A DNA stretch of 64,000 nt from a bacterium (GTDB taxonomy: Bacteria; Zhuqueibacterota; Zhuqueibacteria; Residuimicrobiales; Krinioviventaceae): contig OY843751.1 of assembly GCA_963693055.1 (NCBI GenBank), positions 5,024,001 to 5,088,000 of the forward strand, given 5' to 3'. Shown here piece after piece: positions 18,685-29,348 of this stretch. Positions within the stretch are counted from its first letter, which is position 1; each line of letters opens with the position of its first letter. Made by a program: the position numbers and the translations under genes. A model generated the notes under the pieces. It was not told the DNA's origin and did not search any database. It saw only the letters and a program-made list of their open reading frames with translations.

Positions 18685-19641
18685 CTACACCACCACTTGC
18701 TCCCAATCCTGTGAGGTGACCGAGCGTTCAAGCGCTTCCAGTACGGCTACGCAGGCGAGAATGCTCTCGTGGCTGCGCGGCTCTTTGCCAGTACGGAACA
18801 TTTCCACCATATCAACATAATTTTTAGCGGGATCACCCTTGGGCACATCCGAGGCGAGTTTGATGCCTTTTTCCGGTGTAACCACAGTTGTGCTCCAACC
18901 ATGCCCACCCCGTATGAACGCCAGACTGGCAAACAATCCCGATTTGAACACCACATCCGCAAAGGCATCATCGCCATGCAGGGTCATGCGCACACGATCA
19001 ATATCGTCGCCAAACATGTACATCAACGGCTGAATAACATGCACACCATAGAAAAAGATACCGCCGTATTTGGAATCCACTTCTGCGGGACCATGACGGT
19101 ACACATGTTTAATATCTTTAATATCTTTTAACTGACGGATAATGTCAAAGGTCTCTTCGCTCTGCGCAATAGAGCTGAACGAGGTTACCGGTGTGCCTTT
19201 TTCACGCGCGATTCTCAAAAACTCTTTACCCTCATCCACACGGTAACAAAAGGGCTTGTCCACAAACGTGGGGATTCCCTCTTTAACAAAGGGCAATGCC
19301 GCTTCCAGATGATATTTTGCATGGCGATGGTCAACAATCAGCGCGTCGATTTTGCCCATCATTTCCGCAGGGTCCTTGACGATATTGGGAATCGATCCCT
19401 TTTCCGCGGCACGTTTGGCAAATGCATCGGTTTCGCCCCATACATATTTCACCTCACATCCGGGGAACTGTTTTTTCTCGTTAAAGATGCGCCCAAAACC
19501 AATGGTATGCGAATTCTCGGCACCAATAATACCAATACGGATCTTTTTCTCATCAGCCATGAGCGGACTCGTTACAGATGCGGCCGCCAAAACGGCTGCT
19601 CCTTGTACTGTTTTTTCAATAAATTCTCTGCGTGTTTGCAT
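18685..19641 (-). CDS. Tat-exported Gfo/Idh/MocA oxidoreductase
   Basis: TRREFI twin-arginine signal; IGIIGAENSH, FVDKPF, FFYGVH. Start ATG 19641 behind AGGAG. Confidence 0.85.
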   Translation of the reverse strand: MQTRREFIEKTVQGAAVLAAASVTSPLMADEKKIRIGIIGAENSHTIGFGRIFNEKKQFPGCEVKYVWGETDAFAKRAAEKGSIPNIVKDPAEMMGKIDALIVDHRHAKYHLEAALPFVKEGIPTFVDKPFCYRVDEGKEFLRIAREKGTPVTSFSSIAQSEETFDIIRQLKDIKDIKHVYRHGPAEVDSKYGGIFFYGVHVIQPLMYMFGDDIDRVRMTLHGDDAFADVVFKSGLFASLAFIRGGHGWSTTVVTPEKGIKLASDVPKGDPAKNYVDMVEMFRTGKEPRSHESILACVAVLEALERSVTSQDWEQVVV

Positions 19642-19667
19642 TTGTATATGATCTCCTGTAAATTTCA

Positions 19668-21026
19668 TTATACGGTTTCGGGTAAAACATAGGGATACCG
19701 ATAGCGGCGTGTCAGATACGAGTTTGCCTCGTCATCATTTATGAATCGTTCCGCGCGCCCGTCAAAATGCAGGGTCCTGCCAGTACGATAGGCAATATTG
19801 CCCAGGTGCATGACCGAAGTGGAAAAGTGCCCCTCTAAAATATCCGCGTTCAGGTCCTGCCAGCGACCGGTGCGCACGCAATCGATAAAATTTCCCATGT
19901 GCGGCCCGTCTGTGCCCTTGAATTCCTGTATCATCTTCTTATCCGTCGGAACCGTCATGTCTTTGCTGTTCATTGCGGGCCCCGGTTCATTGTCCTTGCC
20001 CAAAAACGTTTTGAACGAGGTATGGGTAATGTGCATCCAGCCTTTGGAGCCGTAAATAAACTCGCCGCCCTTTTCTCCATCTTCAGAATTATTGTACAGA
20101 CTGCGCACATCCACCTGGATAGTTTTGCCGTCCGCGTATTCAAACGCACCCAACTGAACATTGGGGATCTCCTGGTCCGAGTCCCAGATGTGGAACCCGC
20201 CCATACACTGGATTTTAGCGGGGTGCTCGCGCTTGTTCATGGCCCAGCGGATCACGTCCACGCCGTGGGTACCATTATTGCCAAACTCGCTGGTGCTGGT
20301 GTCCCAGAACCAGTGCCATTTGTAATGAAAGCGGTTCTCGTTAAAGGGACGGTATGGCGCCGGTCCCAGAAACAGGTCCCAGTTGACGCCTTTAGGGATT
20401 TCACTGTCCGCAACTCTGCCAATGTTGGGGCGAAACCCGAACACAATCGCGCGGCCCATATAGATCTCGCCAATCACACCTTCTCTCAGCAACCGGATGG
20501 CCTCGTGCACAATGGAACTGCTTCGGCTCTGGGTGCCCACCTGTACAACACGATTGTACTTGCGCGCCGCTTCTACCATCTTGCGGCCTTCCTGCAGGGT
20601 ATAGGAAACGGGCTTTTCGATATAAACATCCTTGCCGGTCTGACATGCCCAAATGGTTTGCAGCGCGTGCCAGTGGTCCGGGGATGCTATAGAGATAGCG
20701 TCCAGATGTTTTTCATCCAGTAATTGCCGAAAATCGGTTACCGTCTTTACTTTTTTAGCGTCCTTTTCCTCCAGTTCTTTTAGCCCTTTGGGGAACAGAC
20801 GTTCGTCAATGTCGCACAAGTGGGTGATGCGCACATTGGGCATTTCCGCGTAACGACGGATATGCGCAATGCCTCGGCCATGCAGTCCCACAACAGCGAT
20901 ATTTATGGTATCGTTCGCATTGGATTTTGCGTATAGAGGATGGATCAATGGTGCGGACATGAGCGCTCCGGCTGTGGTCATGCCGGATGTTTTGATAAAC
21001 TCACGACGATTGGTAACACTCATCAT
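19668..21026 (-). CDS. Tat-exported Gfo/Idh/MocA oxidoreductase
   Basis: NRREFIK; VGLHGRG, SPDHWH, DVYIEKP, QVGTQSRS, WDLFLGPAP. Confidence 0.92.
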   Translation of the reverse strand: MMSVTNRREFIKTSGMTTAGALMSAPLIHPLYAKSNANDTINIAVVGLHGRGIAHIRRYAEMPNVRITHLCDIDERLFPKGLKELEEKDAKKVKTVTDFRQLLDEKHLDAISIASPDHWHALQTIWACQTGKDVYIEKPVSYTLQEGRKMVEAARKYNRVVQVGTQSRSSSIVHEAIRLLREGVIGEIYMGRAIVFGFRPNIGRVADSEIPKGVNWDLFLGPAPYRPFNENRFHYKWHWFWDTSTSEFGNNGTHGVDVIRWAMNKREHPAKIQCMGGFHIWDSDQEIPNVQLGAFEYADGKTIQVDVRSLYNNSEDGEKGGEFIYGSKGWMHITHTSFKTFLGKDNEPGPAMNSKDMTVPTDKKMIQEFKGTDGPHMGNFIDCVRTGRWQDLNADILEGHFSTSVMHLGNIAYRTGRTLHFDGRAERFINDDEANSYLTRRYRYPYVLPETV

Positions 21027-21193
21027 GACCTCCTGAAAATGGATTGATTTGGATCTTTATGAAATATATAAAGTCAGGCAATGAAAAACAATCGGAAAAT
21101 CAAACCCCAATAGAGGGATTTTCAATCAGGTCAAGCCTCCATCCCCAATTGGCATTCAATAAAGTTCAAGTACCTTACTAAGGCCATCCCCCC

Positions 21194-22900
21194 TCACACC
21201 TGCAATAACGCCTCGATGATCTCATCTACCGAGGTTTTATGCACATCCAAAACAACAGGATTTGTGATGCGCCAGCGGATGCATACATCCTGAATGATCC
21301 GGTTTCTTACAATCCACAACATGGGTTTTGAATACGCATGCACGAACGCATCCAGTGCGTCTGCCCATCCTTCGCCGCGCAGTTCCAGGGGTCCCACTTC
21401 GTCCACCACAACCACATCCGGGTTAGCGTCAACTGCCATCAAAATAGCCTGACTTCCAAAGCTCATCCCCTTTTCTAAAAAATGAAACGGTCCCATTTCA
21501 ATTCCGCTGCCCTGTATCTCTGTTCTGCACAAGGGTTCCTGCACACCATCCTGAATGCGTACCACATCAAAACCGGAGCGTTTGTTATTCTGCCAGTACC
21601 CCGCGGAATAGATGCCCCCGGTGGTCAAGCCCAGCTCGGTTAACCGTCGTAATAATTTTTGCACCAGGGTGGTTTTGCCCTCACCGGACCTGCCGGTTAA
21701 AAATACGATCCGTTTAACGGGCACATGCTCGTTCTGGTATTCCAGCAACCATTGTTTCGAATAATACAGCATCTGCGGCAGGACTTGTCCGAGTCGTTTC
21801 CAAAGCTGCTTTTGTGCGGATAAGACCGACATGAACCGCGGCAGAGTCTCAAAAGCAACACCCAACGCGCGGGGGAAATCCTGCATGCTGTGCTTGATGA
21901 ACCAGTCCAGTATTTTCGGGTTCCGCAGTTCAATGCTCACGGCTGAAAATCCCACCAGAATTACAATGGCCCGCAGGCTCATACGCGTTCCAATTACCAC
22001 CCCATTGAGCGTAAAAAACTCGCGTCTTTGCAGTCCGTCCAAAAAGATTGCAGATAAAAGAATCACCGAGATCAACATGATCCACAATCCCGGTTTCTTT
22101 AAGCGGTTCAACGAACGCCGGTACTGATAAAAATTAAACGCAATAAACAACAAACAATAGATTGTCGCAATCCATAAGGGATAAAAACTCAGCAGCAGCA
22201 GGCCGGCAACAATCCCCACACTGATCAATATCAGCAAAATCAAAGAAAATTGCTGCGTAGGGTCCAATCCGAATGACATGGCGTGTCTGCCTTCTTCCAT
22301 AATCGGCATTTGCTCGTCATCCAACCGTATCGCTTTTTTCCCGATGCGTACCGCAATAATGGCGACAATAACTCCAAATAGCATTTGAATCAACCAGAAC
22401 GCCAGCACCAAATCAAACGGCCCAAAGGAGGAAACGCCCAAATTTTTAGCCGCAAAGAAATAAAGGTTCTCATAGAGGTCCACAAAATACAGTCCGAATG
22501 TAATCACCAGTCCGATTATCTTTTGCACAAAACTCCACGATACTGCAAGCGCGCCACCTAAAAGATAGGCGAACAGATTTCTGCCCAGTAACAAAACAGC
22601 CAGCTCTAACAATACCCCTTCCATAAAGATCCCGATCATGGGGCCCATGATTACCGCACTGGGCGAAATGGACTTCATCACCGCGCAGATCAATCCCGAG
22701 CGCCAGAACAATCCTTTTTCCGGCCACAACTGGTGTCCGCTGATCATGATCAAAGCGCCGATTGCGGAAAGCAGCGTGCCCGACATGGGGATTTTTAAAT
22801 TATGCAGCATACTGCCCAAAATGATCTCGCTGGATGCCCACAAACTGCCCAATACCGCGGCCTTGAGCCAGATGTGTGATATTTCTGATGTTTGCTTCAT
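21194..22900 (-). CDS. Polytopic membrane protein fused to a THEP1-type (NTPase_1) P-loop NTPase
   Basis: About 9-10 TM helices in the first ~330 aa. C-terminal Walker A TGRSGEGKTT, GFDVV, Walker B VVVVDEVGPLE. Confidence 0.8.
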   Translation of the reverse strand: MKQTSEISHIWLKAAVLGSLWASSEIILGSMLHNLKIPMSGTLLSAIGALIMISGHQLWPEKGLFWRSGLICAVMKSISPSAVIMGPMIGIFMEGVLLELAVLLLGRNLFAYLLGGALAVSWSFVQKIIGLVITFGLYFVDLYENLYFFAAKNLGVSSFGPFDLVLAFWLIQMLFGVIVAIIAVRIGKKAIRLDDEQMPIMEEGRHAMSFGLDPTQQFSLILLILISVGIVAGLLLLSFYPLWIATIYCLLFIAFNFYQYRRSLNRLKKPGLWIMLISVILLSAIFLDGLQRREFFTLNGVVIGTRMSLRAIVILVGFSAVSIELRNPKILDWFIKHSMQDFPRALGVAFETLPRFMSVLSAQKQLWKRLGQVLPQMLYYSKQWLLEYQNEHVPVKRIVFLTGRSGEGKTTLVQKLLRRLTELGLTTGGIYSAGYWQNNKRSGFDVVRIQDGVQEPLCRTEIQGSGIEMGPFHFLEKGMSFGSQAILMAVDANPDVVVVDEVGPLELRGEGWADALDAFVHAYSKPMLWIVRNRIIQDVCIRWRITNPVVLDVHKTSVDEIIEALLQV

Positions 22901-22901
22901 A

Positions 22902-23753
22902 TTAAATGATCGGATCCTGATTTACTGACCACAACATGCCTCCCACAGTGCCCTTGTGCACCTGGGTGATTTGTCCGTTTTGCTGTTTATCATTGAGATA
23001 GGTTTCAATCTTTTGTTTCAACACGTCATATGGCATATTAACAATCCTGCTGAAAAATCGCGTATAATACTCGACCGTTTCCCCAAATGGCTGCGACTTT
23101 GACCATGCCTGCGTATCAAACCGGATCTCGGGATAGATCCCCATAGAATATAAAAGATTCAATGCATATTGAAAATGCCGGCTCTTGCGATTTTCTCCAA
23201 GCAGCTCCACAAACAGATCGTCCATGGGCTGGTTCTCCCGGTCACCGGCCCATCCCGCCAGATAACACCACCCCCGCGAGCGTTTCATCATACGAAGCAA
23301 ATCATCCGCGCAATTGATGGCAGGTGTCATATGCGCAAAAACCAGATCGTACTGTTTTGCGATTTTTGCTTCAATCTCCGGCACCCGCCAGTCGCCTTGC
23401 ACAAGGTGTAAAGCGGAAAGCAATTCCTGTGGTGCCCGTTGAGATATCTGGTCAAGCATCCCCTGCGATACATCAACGCAGGTGACTTTGGCGCCATATT
23501 CCGCAAAAGGGATTGCAAATGTGCCGGGCCCCGAACCGATATCCAGTACCGTTGCACCGGGACGAATAATTTCATTCTCTTTTAAATGGTTAATCAAACA
23601 ACGGTTGCGTTCTGCCGAATCACCTTTTTCTTTATGATAATCGGGTGCCTTTTCATCCCAGAATCCTGCATTTTTAAAGCCGTCTCCCTGCCGGTTCTCG
23701 CTATCAAAGGCATTCCACTGTTCTATCCAATAGTCTTTTGACCCAATATCCAT
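22902..23753 (-). CDS. Class I SAM-dependent methyltransferase
   Basis: FWDEKAPDY, VLDIGSGPG, VDVSQGML, YDLVFAHMTPA. Confidence 0.88.
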   Translation of the reverse strand: MDIGSKDYWIEQWNAFDSENRQGDGFKNAGFWDEKAPDYHKEKGDSAERNRCLINHLKENEIIRPGATVLDIGSGPGTFAIPFAEYGAKVTCVDVSQGMLDQISQRAPQELLSALHLVQGDWRVPEIEAKIAKQYDLVFAHMTPAINCADDLLRMMKRSRGWCYLAGWAGDRENQPMDDLFVELLGENRKSRHFQYALNLLYSMGIYPEIRFDTQAWSKSQPFGETVEYYTRFFSRIVNMPYDVLKQKIETYLNDKQQNGQITQVHKGTVGGMLWSVNQDPII

Positions 23754-23761
23754 TTTTTCAC

Positions 23762-26053
23762 TCAGAATTTTGCTTCAAATTGTACAATCACTGAACGTCC
23801 TGGCTGCCAGGTATGGTGCCACAATCTGTACTCGGTATCACTCAGGTTTTTGATATGCAGCGAAACCCTGTAGTACCCTGCCAACCCAAGGCCGATGGAT
23901 GCTTCCTGCAAAGCAAACGCAGTGTACGGATTAACCTCGTAATCAAAGAAATATCCGTCACCCGTATAATCATATCGCCATGCAAGGTCTATAATAACCA
24001 GGTTGATCTGTTTTTCGTAATACAATCCCACATTATAGCGATGCCGGCTGGTCTGGAATGTAAAATCACCGGGATCCAGTAAAGTATATGCACCATTCAC
24101 ACTCAGGCCGCGGAGCGGTTGAAATTTAAACGCCACTTCCACTCCCTGTGGAGTATAATCTCCGCGGTTGGTACGACGATCAAAATACAGCGTATCTGTC
24201 CCAATCGTATTGGGCATGAGCACATATTGTCCCCAGCCGGTTGAGCCTTGCTTATCACTCACCATCAGGTTCTCAACCTGCATCCGGAATGCGGATACAC
24301 TCACAAATCCCCAATCCTCCAGACGCTGGATGACGCCTACATCCACATTTGCGGTTTTTTCCGGCTGCATATCCGGATCGCCATAGCTACTCAGGGAACA
24401 TGAATACAGGTCGATCATGGTTGGTGCGCGGAAGCCTTTAGCATAATTCAGTTTCAAATGGGTTGTGGAATTATTTATCCTGAGCAAGCGATAAGCTAAT
24501 CCCACATTGGGATTCACAATACTGCCAAATTCCGAATGCATGTCCAGTCTTGCTCCCAGTACCGCATGCAGTTTGCTGCCTACATTCTGCTGATATTGCA
24601 TATACAATGCAGTATTGTGCAATTGATAATCCTGCCGGGTACTGCCGTATTCCCCGGTGTACAGATCCACAGGTAGAGTAGAATACAATCCAGATTGCCG
24701 GCTATAAATATCAATCTCTTGCACACCCACATAAGCAAGATTGTCAATAACCTGCTCATAATCCACATCTGCATTATCAACAATCCCTTCAAATCCAAAC
24801 TGCAGCAGGGCCTCATTCCAAGGCAGATACAGGGCATAGTTACTCATCAATCCGGTTCTGAGGGCGGTATATCCGGTTGCAATATCACTCACCAGACTGG
24901 TTTCATCATCCTGGTTGAGGTTTACAAACACTCGAGAATCCCACACACCCCGACGACCATTGTATTGAACATGCACGTCTGCACCCGCATAGTAATAATC
25001 ATTTTTCACTGGGGGCCGGGCTGCCGGTTTGTCCCAGGAATTGTTATGAAAATCAACATGAACAGTGGCTTGCAGTTGTTCATTATATTGGCGCTTATAT
25101 TTATATTTCAGATCTGTATTGTTCCATTCATTATTATTCGGCACGCGATAATCTTGCAGTGAACTGCGCAACCCCAACGAGACAAAATGACTGCTCCTTT
25201 CATTGCGATACGAACCGGTCCATTGCAGCGTATTGGCTTCAACAATAGGACGACTGTATCCGTCCGCATTGGGATCACCAATAATATCAGATGCATCCAG
25301 TTCTTTGGAAGCGGAAACCCAGGTGTGCCAGCCCGGTTCAGGGACTTTGGTCAGCACGTTCACCACACCCGCTGTTGCCTGAGAGCCATACAATGCAGAA
25401 CCTGCTCCCTTGACTACTTCAATCCGGTCCACAATCTCCATGGGGATGGTATTAAAATTCACCCCTCCGTTCCAACCATTATTCATTGGGCGTCCGTCAA
25501 CAAGCACCAGCGTCTTGTTGGAATACCCTCCACCGTTCAAAGAACGGATCGACAGACCATAATCCGCACCAACCGTGGAGCCATCCCGAATCACTCTCAC
25601 ACCGGGCAACTGATCAAGGGCCTGGCCGGCATTATACTGGTATTGCTGTTGTAAATCTTTTGGAGACAATTGAGAAATAGATTGCGGCGCTTTATCCGTA
25701 TTCAAGATATTCCGGGTGGCGGTGACGGTTATTTCATTAAAGTTTATTGTGCGTATTTTTTCAAATTGCAGTAATATGGGCCCAGTGTCGTTTTCACCAA
25801 TTCGGACAGTTTTTGTTATCGGGATAAATTGTATATGGGATGCGGTAAGTTTATATTTCCCTGGTTCGGGGACTTTGAACGCAAATGAACCATCCGCAAG
25901 GCTGACAGCCCCTGTTTTTTGAGTTTCCAGAATAATATTTGCGTTTACAATTGCCTGGCCTTCAGAGCCCAGCACATATCCGGATACAGGGATTTCGGCA
26001 AAGGATACACCGGCAAAAAAAATTATGCAGATCCAAATCTTTTTCATGATCAC
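23762..26053 (-). CDS. TonB-dependent outer-membrane receptor with carboxypeptidase-like N-domain
   Basis: Signal peptide; EITVTATR, LVLVDGRP, DRIEVVKGAGSALYG, GVVNVLTK, GFRAPT, MQPEK; terminal Phe. Confidence 0.93.
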   Translation of the reverse strand: MIMKKIWICIIFFAGVSFAEIPVSGYVLGSEGQAIVNANIILETQKTGAVSLADGSFAFKVPEPGKYKLTASHIQFIPITKTVRIGENDTGPILLQFEKIRTINFNEITVTATRNILNTDKAPQSISQLSPKDLQQQYQYNAGQALDQLPGVRVIRDGSTVGADYGLSIRSLNGGGYSNKTLVLVDGRPMNNGWNGGVNFNTIPMEIVDRIEVVKGAGSALYGSQATAGVVNVLTKVPEPGWHTWVSASKELDASDIIGDPNADGYSRPIVEANTLQWTGSYRNERSSHFVSLGLRSSLQDYRVPNNNEWNNTDLKYKYKRQYNEQLQATVHVDFHNNSWDKPAARPPVKNDYYYAGADVHVQYNGRRGVWDSRVFVNLNQDDETSLVSDIATGYTALRTGLMSNYALYLPWNEALLQFGFEGIVDNADVDYEQVIDNLAYVGVQEIDIYSRQSGLYSTLPVDLYTGEYGSTRQDYQLHNTALYMQYQQNVGSKLHAVLGARLDMHSEFGSIVNPNVGLAYRLLRINNSTTHLKLNYAKGFRAPTMIDLYSCSLSSYGDPDMQPEKTANVDVGVIQRLEDWGFVSVSAFRMQVENLMVSDKQGSTGWGQYVLMPNTIGTDTLYFDRRTNRGDYTPQGVEVAFKFQPLRGLSVNGAYTLLDPGDFTFQTSRHRYNVGLYYEKQINLVIIDLAWRYDYTGDGYFFDYEVNPYTAFALQEASIGLGLAGYYRVSLHIKNLSDTEYRLWHHTWQPGRSVIVQFEAKF

Positions 26054-26282
26054 ACCCTGGGATTTTGTAACACGAATTTTAACATAGGATATTTGTAAAA
26101 AAAAATCAATCAGTATTTGATATTTAATCGCAACAGATATCCATTCCTGTTAATTTCCTTTTGACTATAAAAACAGAAAAACATCATAAACACTTGGAAA
26201 TTTGGAATTTTCAGTATGATATATTGTTACAAAAAACAAATTACAAATCATAATATAATACTCTAACAATTCAGGGGTTACT

Positions 26283-27098
26283 ATGGAAAATATGAACATC
26301 TATGTCGAAAAAGGCATAGAAATGATCATGGAGTATGGTCCCAAATTATTATTGGCAATTATCACGCTAATTATCGGTTTGATGGTGATCAAGGCTTTTG
26401 CCAAAGGGATAAGCAGAACCATGGCGAAAAGCAATACGGATGAATCTCTGCGACGCTTTTTAACAAGCCTGGCAAGAGTTGGATTAAAAGTATTACTGTT
26501 CATCAGTGTGGCGTCTATGGTCGGTATTCAAATGACATCCTTTATTGCCATTTTGGGTGCTGCGGGACTCGCTGTAGGCCTGGCTTTACAGGGAAGCCTG
26601 GCAAACTTTGCCGGTGGTGTGCTGATACTGCTATTCCGTCCTTACAAGATTGGTGATTTTATAGATGCTGCCGGTCACATGGGAACCGTCCGCGATATTC
26701 AGATATTTAACACCATCTTGAAAACACCGGACAATAAAACCATCATCATCCCCAATGGTGTATTGTCAAACGGCAGTATAACCAATTTTTCTACCGAGCC
26801 CACCCGCCGTGTGGATATGGTTTTCGGCATTGGGTATGGAGACGATATCAAAAAAACCAAAGACCTGCTAAGTTCAATAGTTAACAGTGATGAGCGTGTG
26901 CTCAAAGATCCGGAACCGTTGGTGGTTGTTTCCAGTCTGGGAGACAGCTCGGTCAATTTCACCGTACGTGTCTGGTGCAACAGCGGCGATTACTGGGGCC
27001 TGTTTTTCGATATGCAGGAAAAAGTAAAACTCGAGTTTGACAATGCTGGTATATCCATCCCCTTTCCCCAACGCGATGTACATGTGTTTAATCAATAA
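26283..27098 (+). CDS. mscS: Small-conductance mechanosensitive channel
   Basis: GAAGLAVGLALQGSLANFAGG, RPYKIGD, IIIPNG, IPFPQRDVH. Confidence 0.95.
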   Translation: MENMNIYVEKGIEMIMEYGPKLLLAIITLIIGLMVIKAFAKGISRTMAKSNTDESLRRFLTSLARVGLKVLLFISVASMVGIQMTSFIAILGAAGLAVGLALQGSLANFAGGVLILLFRPYKIGDFIDAAGHMGTVRDIQIFNTILKTPDNKTIIIPNGVLSNGSITNFSTEPTRRVDMVFGIGYGDDIKKTKDLLSSIVNSDERVLKDPEPLVVVSSLGDSSVNFTVRVWCNSGDYWGLFFDMQEKVKLEFDNAGISIPFPQRDVHVFNQ

Positions 27099-27107
27099 AT
27101 GAAAACG

Positions 27108-27144
27108 TTTCCTCCCGAGGGCTAAAGTCCCTTGGGAGGGGAAA
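27108..27144. terminator. Bidirectional terminator
   Basis: CCTCCCGAGGG-CTAAAGT-CCCTTGGGAGG hairpin between convergent mscS and the YeiH gene. Confidence 0.65.
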
Positions 27145-27159
27145 TATGTCAATTAAAAC

Positions 27160-28137
27160 TCATACCAAATGCAATACAACAAACAAGCTGCTAATCGACA
27201 ATACTACAAAAACCAATACACCTGTCATCAAGGCACCCATCCCCTGTTTGATTTGTGAAAAATGGACTGACAATCCCATTGCGGTCATGGCCATTAATAC
27301 AAATAATGAACCAGCGCTGGCGAATATATGAGATATGGATTGGGGTAAAATCCCCAACGAATTCACAATACCCGCGATTAAGAAATACAACACATACATG
27401 GGGAACTTTGCTTTTTCAACATTACCGTCACGTTTATTATAAACAAAACTCAGCGCCAAAGATACGGGTACAAGCATCATCACCCGGGTCATTTTCACAA
27501 AGGTACCAATTTCTCCGGATTCACTGCCTTTGGCATATGCGGCTGCAATTGCATGGGCCACTCCGTGCAACGACAATCCTGCCCATGTGCCATATTGAAC
27601 AGGTGTCATCACAAATCCACTAACCGCAATCGCCGAATAGACAATAACACCAATCGCGCCTAAAAAACTGACAATGGATACCGCCAGCACCGAATCTTTA
27701 TCATTTGCCCGAATACAGGGGGCCACGGCAAGCACCGCCGAAGCGCCGCAAATGCAGGAACCAATACCTATTAACGTTGCAAGCCGGGTATTTAAATTGA
27801 AAAATCTGCCCAATAGATTAGATATCATCAAGGCGATCAATACATAAAACACAACCAGGATTAAAAACCGGGGTCCCAGTTTTAAAAGCACATGAGAATC
27901 AATCCTAAACCCCATAAGAATAATCCCCAGTTTTAAAATATTTTTCAATGACAAAGAGATCCCCGGTTTAAAACGTGCCTGGGTGCCAACAGTATTATTA
28001 TAAAACATACCAATTATTATAGCAATTGTCAGCGCTTCCAGATTGATAAATTTGATAGATTGATTTAAAAAAAATGATAATAGTGAAATGATGAGAACCA
28101 GAACCAGTCCGGGAATGTAATTTTTAATATTTTTCAT
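27160..28137 (-). CDS. YeiH family putative sulfate exporter
   Basis: LKLGIILMGF, IGSCICGASAVLA, GTWAGLSLHGVAHAIAA, VKMTRVMML, MAMTAMGL. Confidence 0.9.
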   Translation of the reverse strand: MKNIKNYIPGLVLVLIISLLSFFLNQSIKFINLEALTIAIIIGMFYNNTVGTQARFKPGISLSLKNILKLGIILMGFRIDSHVLLKLGPRFLILVVFYVLIALMISNLLGRFFNLNTRLATLIGIGSCICGASAVLAVAPCIRANDKDSVLAVSIVSFLGAIGVIVYSAIAVSGFVMTPVQYGTWAGLSLHGVAHAIAAAYAKGSESGEIGTFVKMTRVMMLVPVSLALSFVYNKRDGNVEKAKFPMYVLYFLIAGIVNSLGILPQSISHIFASAGSLFVLMAMTAMGLSVHFSQIKQGMGALMTGVLVFVVLSISSLFVVLHLV

Positions 28138-28181
28138 TATACTTGCTCCATATTAGTTTACAAGTATAATGCATTTTATGT

Positions 28182-28227
28182 ATAATTAAAAATTATAGTT
28201 TTTTATATTACCATAACAATATATTAT
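28182..28227. promoter_or_regulatory. Two LysR-type operator boxes (ATAA-N7-TTAT) upstream of the YeiH gene
   Basis: ATAA-TTAAAAA-TTAT at 28182-28196 and ATAA-CAATATA-TTAT at 28213-28227. The region is AT-rich, so a chance match is possible. Confidence 0.5.
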
Positions 28228-29108
28228 AATCTATATTTTTGACAAAATGAGATAAAAGGACCCATAAATTCATCGTCACGGTCAAAATAAATAAAATTAA
28301 ATTCCCTGAAAATACCAAAATCCTGAATGGGCACATGCACCAGGCTGCCCGATTTCAGATGCTCCCGTACAGCTTCACGGGAGATTATGGTACACCCCAG
28401 GTTAGATTCGACCAGAGAAACAAGCGCATTGATATTCCCAATTTCCATATAAATCATATCATCTGTGAGATGGTATCCCTTGCTCACCAGTTCGTTTTCA
28501 AAGACCATTCGTGTTCCAGAACCTTTTTCCCTCAGGATCAATTTATCTTCCAGCACCTCTTCAATACTCACTTTTGATTTTAGTGCAAATTCATGCTCAG
28601 GAGACACGACCAATATCAGCTCATCATCTTTGAATTTGGTGAATTGAAACTGGGTCCGGTCAAAGGGGCCCTCTACAATTCCCATCAACATATCCCCCGT
28701 TATCAGGTGCTTTATGACCGTTTCCGTATTTTCAACAGCCAGCATGATCTCTATATTGGGGTGCTCTTGTTTATAACGCCCCAGAATCTCCGGTATTACG
28801 TACCCGCCAATGGTTAATGTTGCGCCAATATTGTATTTTTTTACAAATTCCGCTCTATTTTCAAGATCGTTCTTAACTGCATTCGCCAAGCGATTAACCT
28901 CAATCGCATATTCATATAACCGCTGGCCTTCCAGTGTAAGCTCTATTGATTTTTTCTTTATATTGAATAACTTTACATTATAATATGCTTCCAGACTCTT
29001 GATATGTTGAGATACACCGGGTTGGGTAATATGCAGCAATTCCGCGGTTTTGGTATAATTGTGGGTTTTGACCACAGATAAAAATGTCAGTATTTTATTA
29101 TCAATCAT
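28224..29108 (-). CDS. LysR family regulator (YeiE/CysL-like)
   Basis: HTH NYTKTAELLHITQPGVSQHIKSLE; GATLTIGGY, GIVEG, LREKGSGTR. Start ATG 29108 behind AAGGAG. Confidence 0.92.
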   Translation of the reverse strand: MIDNKILTFLSVVKTHNYTKTAELLHITQPGVSQHIKSLEAYYNVKLFNIKKKSIELTLEGQRLYEYAIEVNRLANAVKNDLENRAEFVKKYNIGATLTIGGYVIPEILGRYKQEHPNIEIMLAVENTETVIKHLITGDMLMGIVEGPFDRTQFQFTKFKDDELILVVSPEHEFALKSKVSIEEVLEDKLILREKGSGTRMVFENELVSKGYHLTDDMIYMEIGNINALVSLVESNLGCTIISREAVREHLKSGSLVHVPIQDFGIFREFNFIYFDRDDEFMGPFISFCQKYRL

Positions 29109-29348
29109 GACAAATCTCCTTTCCCTGTAAATGTGAGAATATAATCTCAAAAATCCAAATTCTGTTTTGGGGATCTTGAATGAAACCGATCCCGCTAAAA
29201 TTACCTGCACCTTTTTCAAGAGTTGATGCATTTAGACACCATCACCCAACAATACAGGCAAAAAAATTTGTTTGCCTCTCTACGCTTTCCATAGTATATT
29301 ATATAACAATCCGACGAAAAAGCAGTTAACATATATCCCAGAGGTGTT

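Noticed and set aside
26054-26282. Cobalamin riboswitch or NikR/Fur operator upstream of the TonB receptor
   Set aside because: No B12 box, and only isolated half-sites (GTAACAC, GTATGA) without a properly spaced partner.
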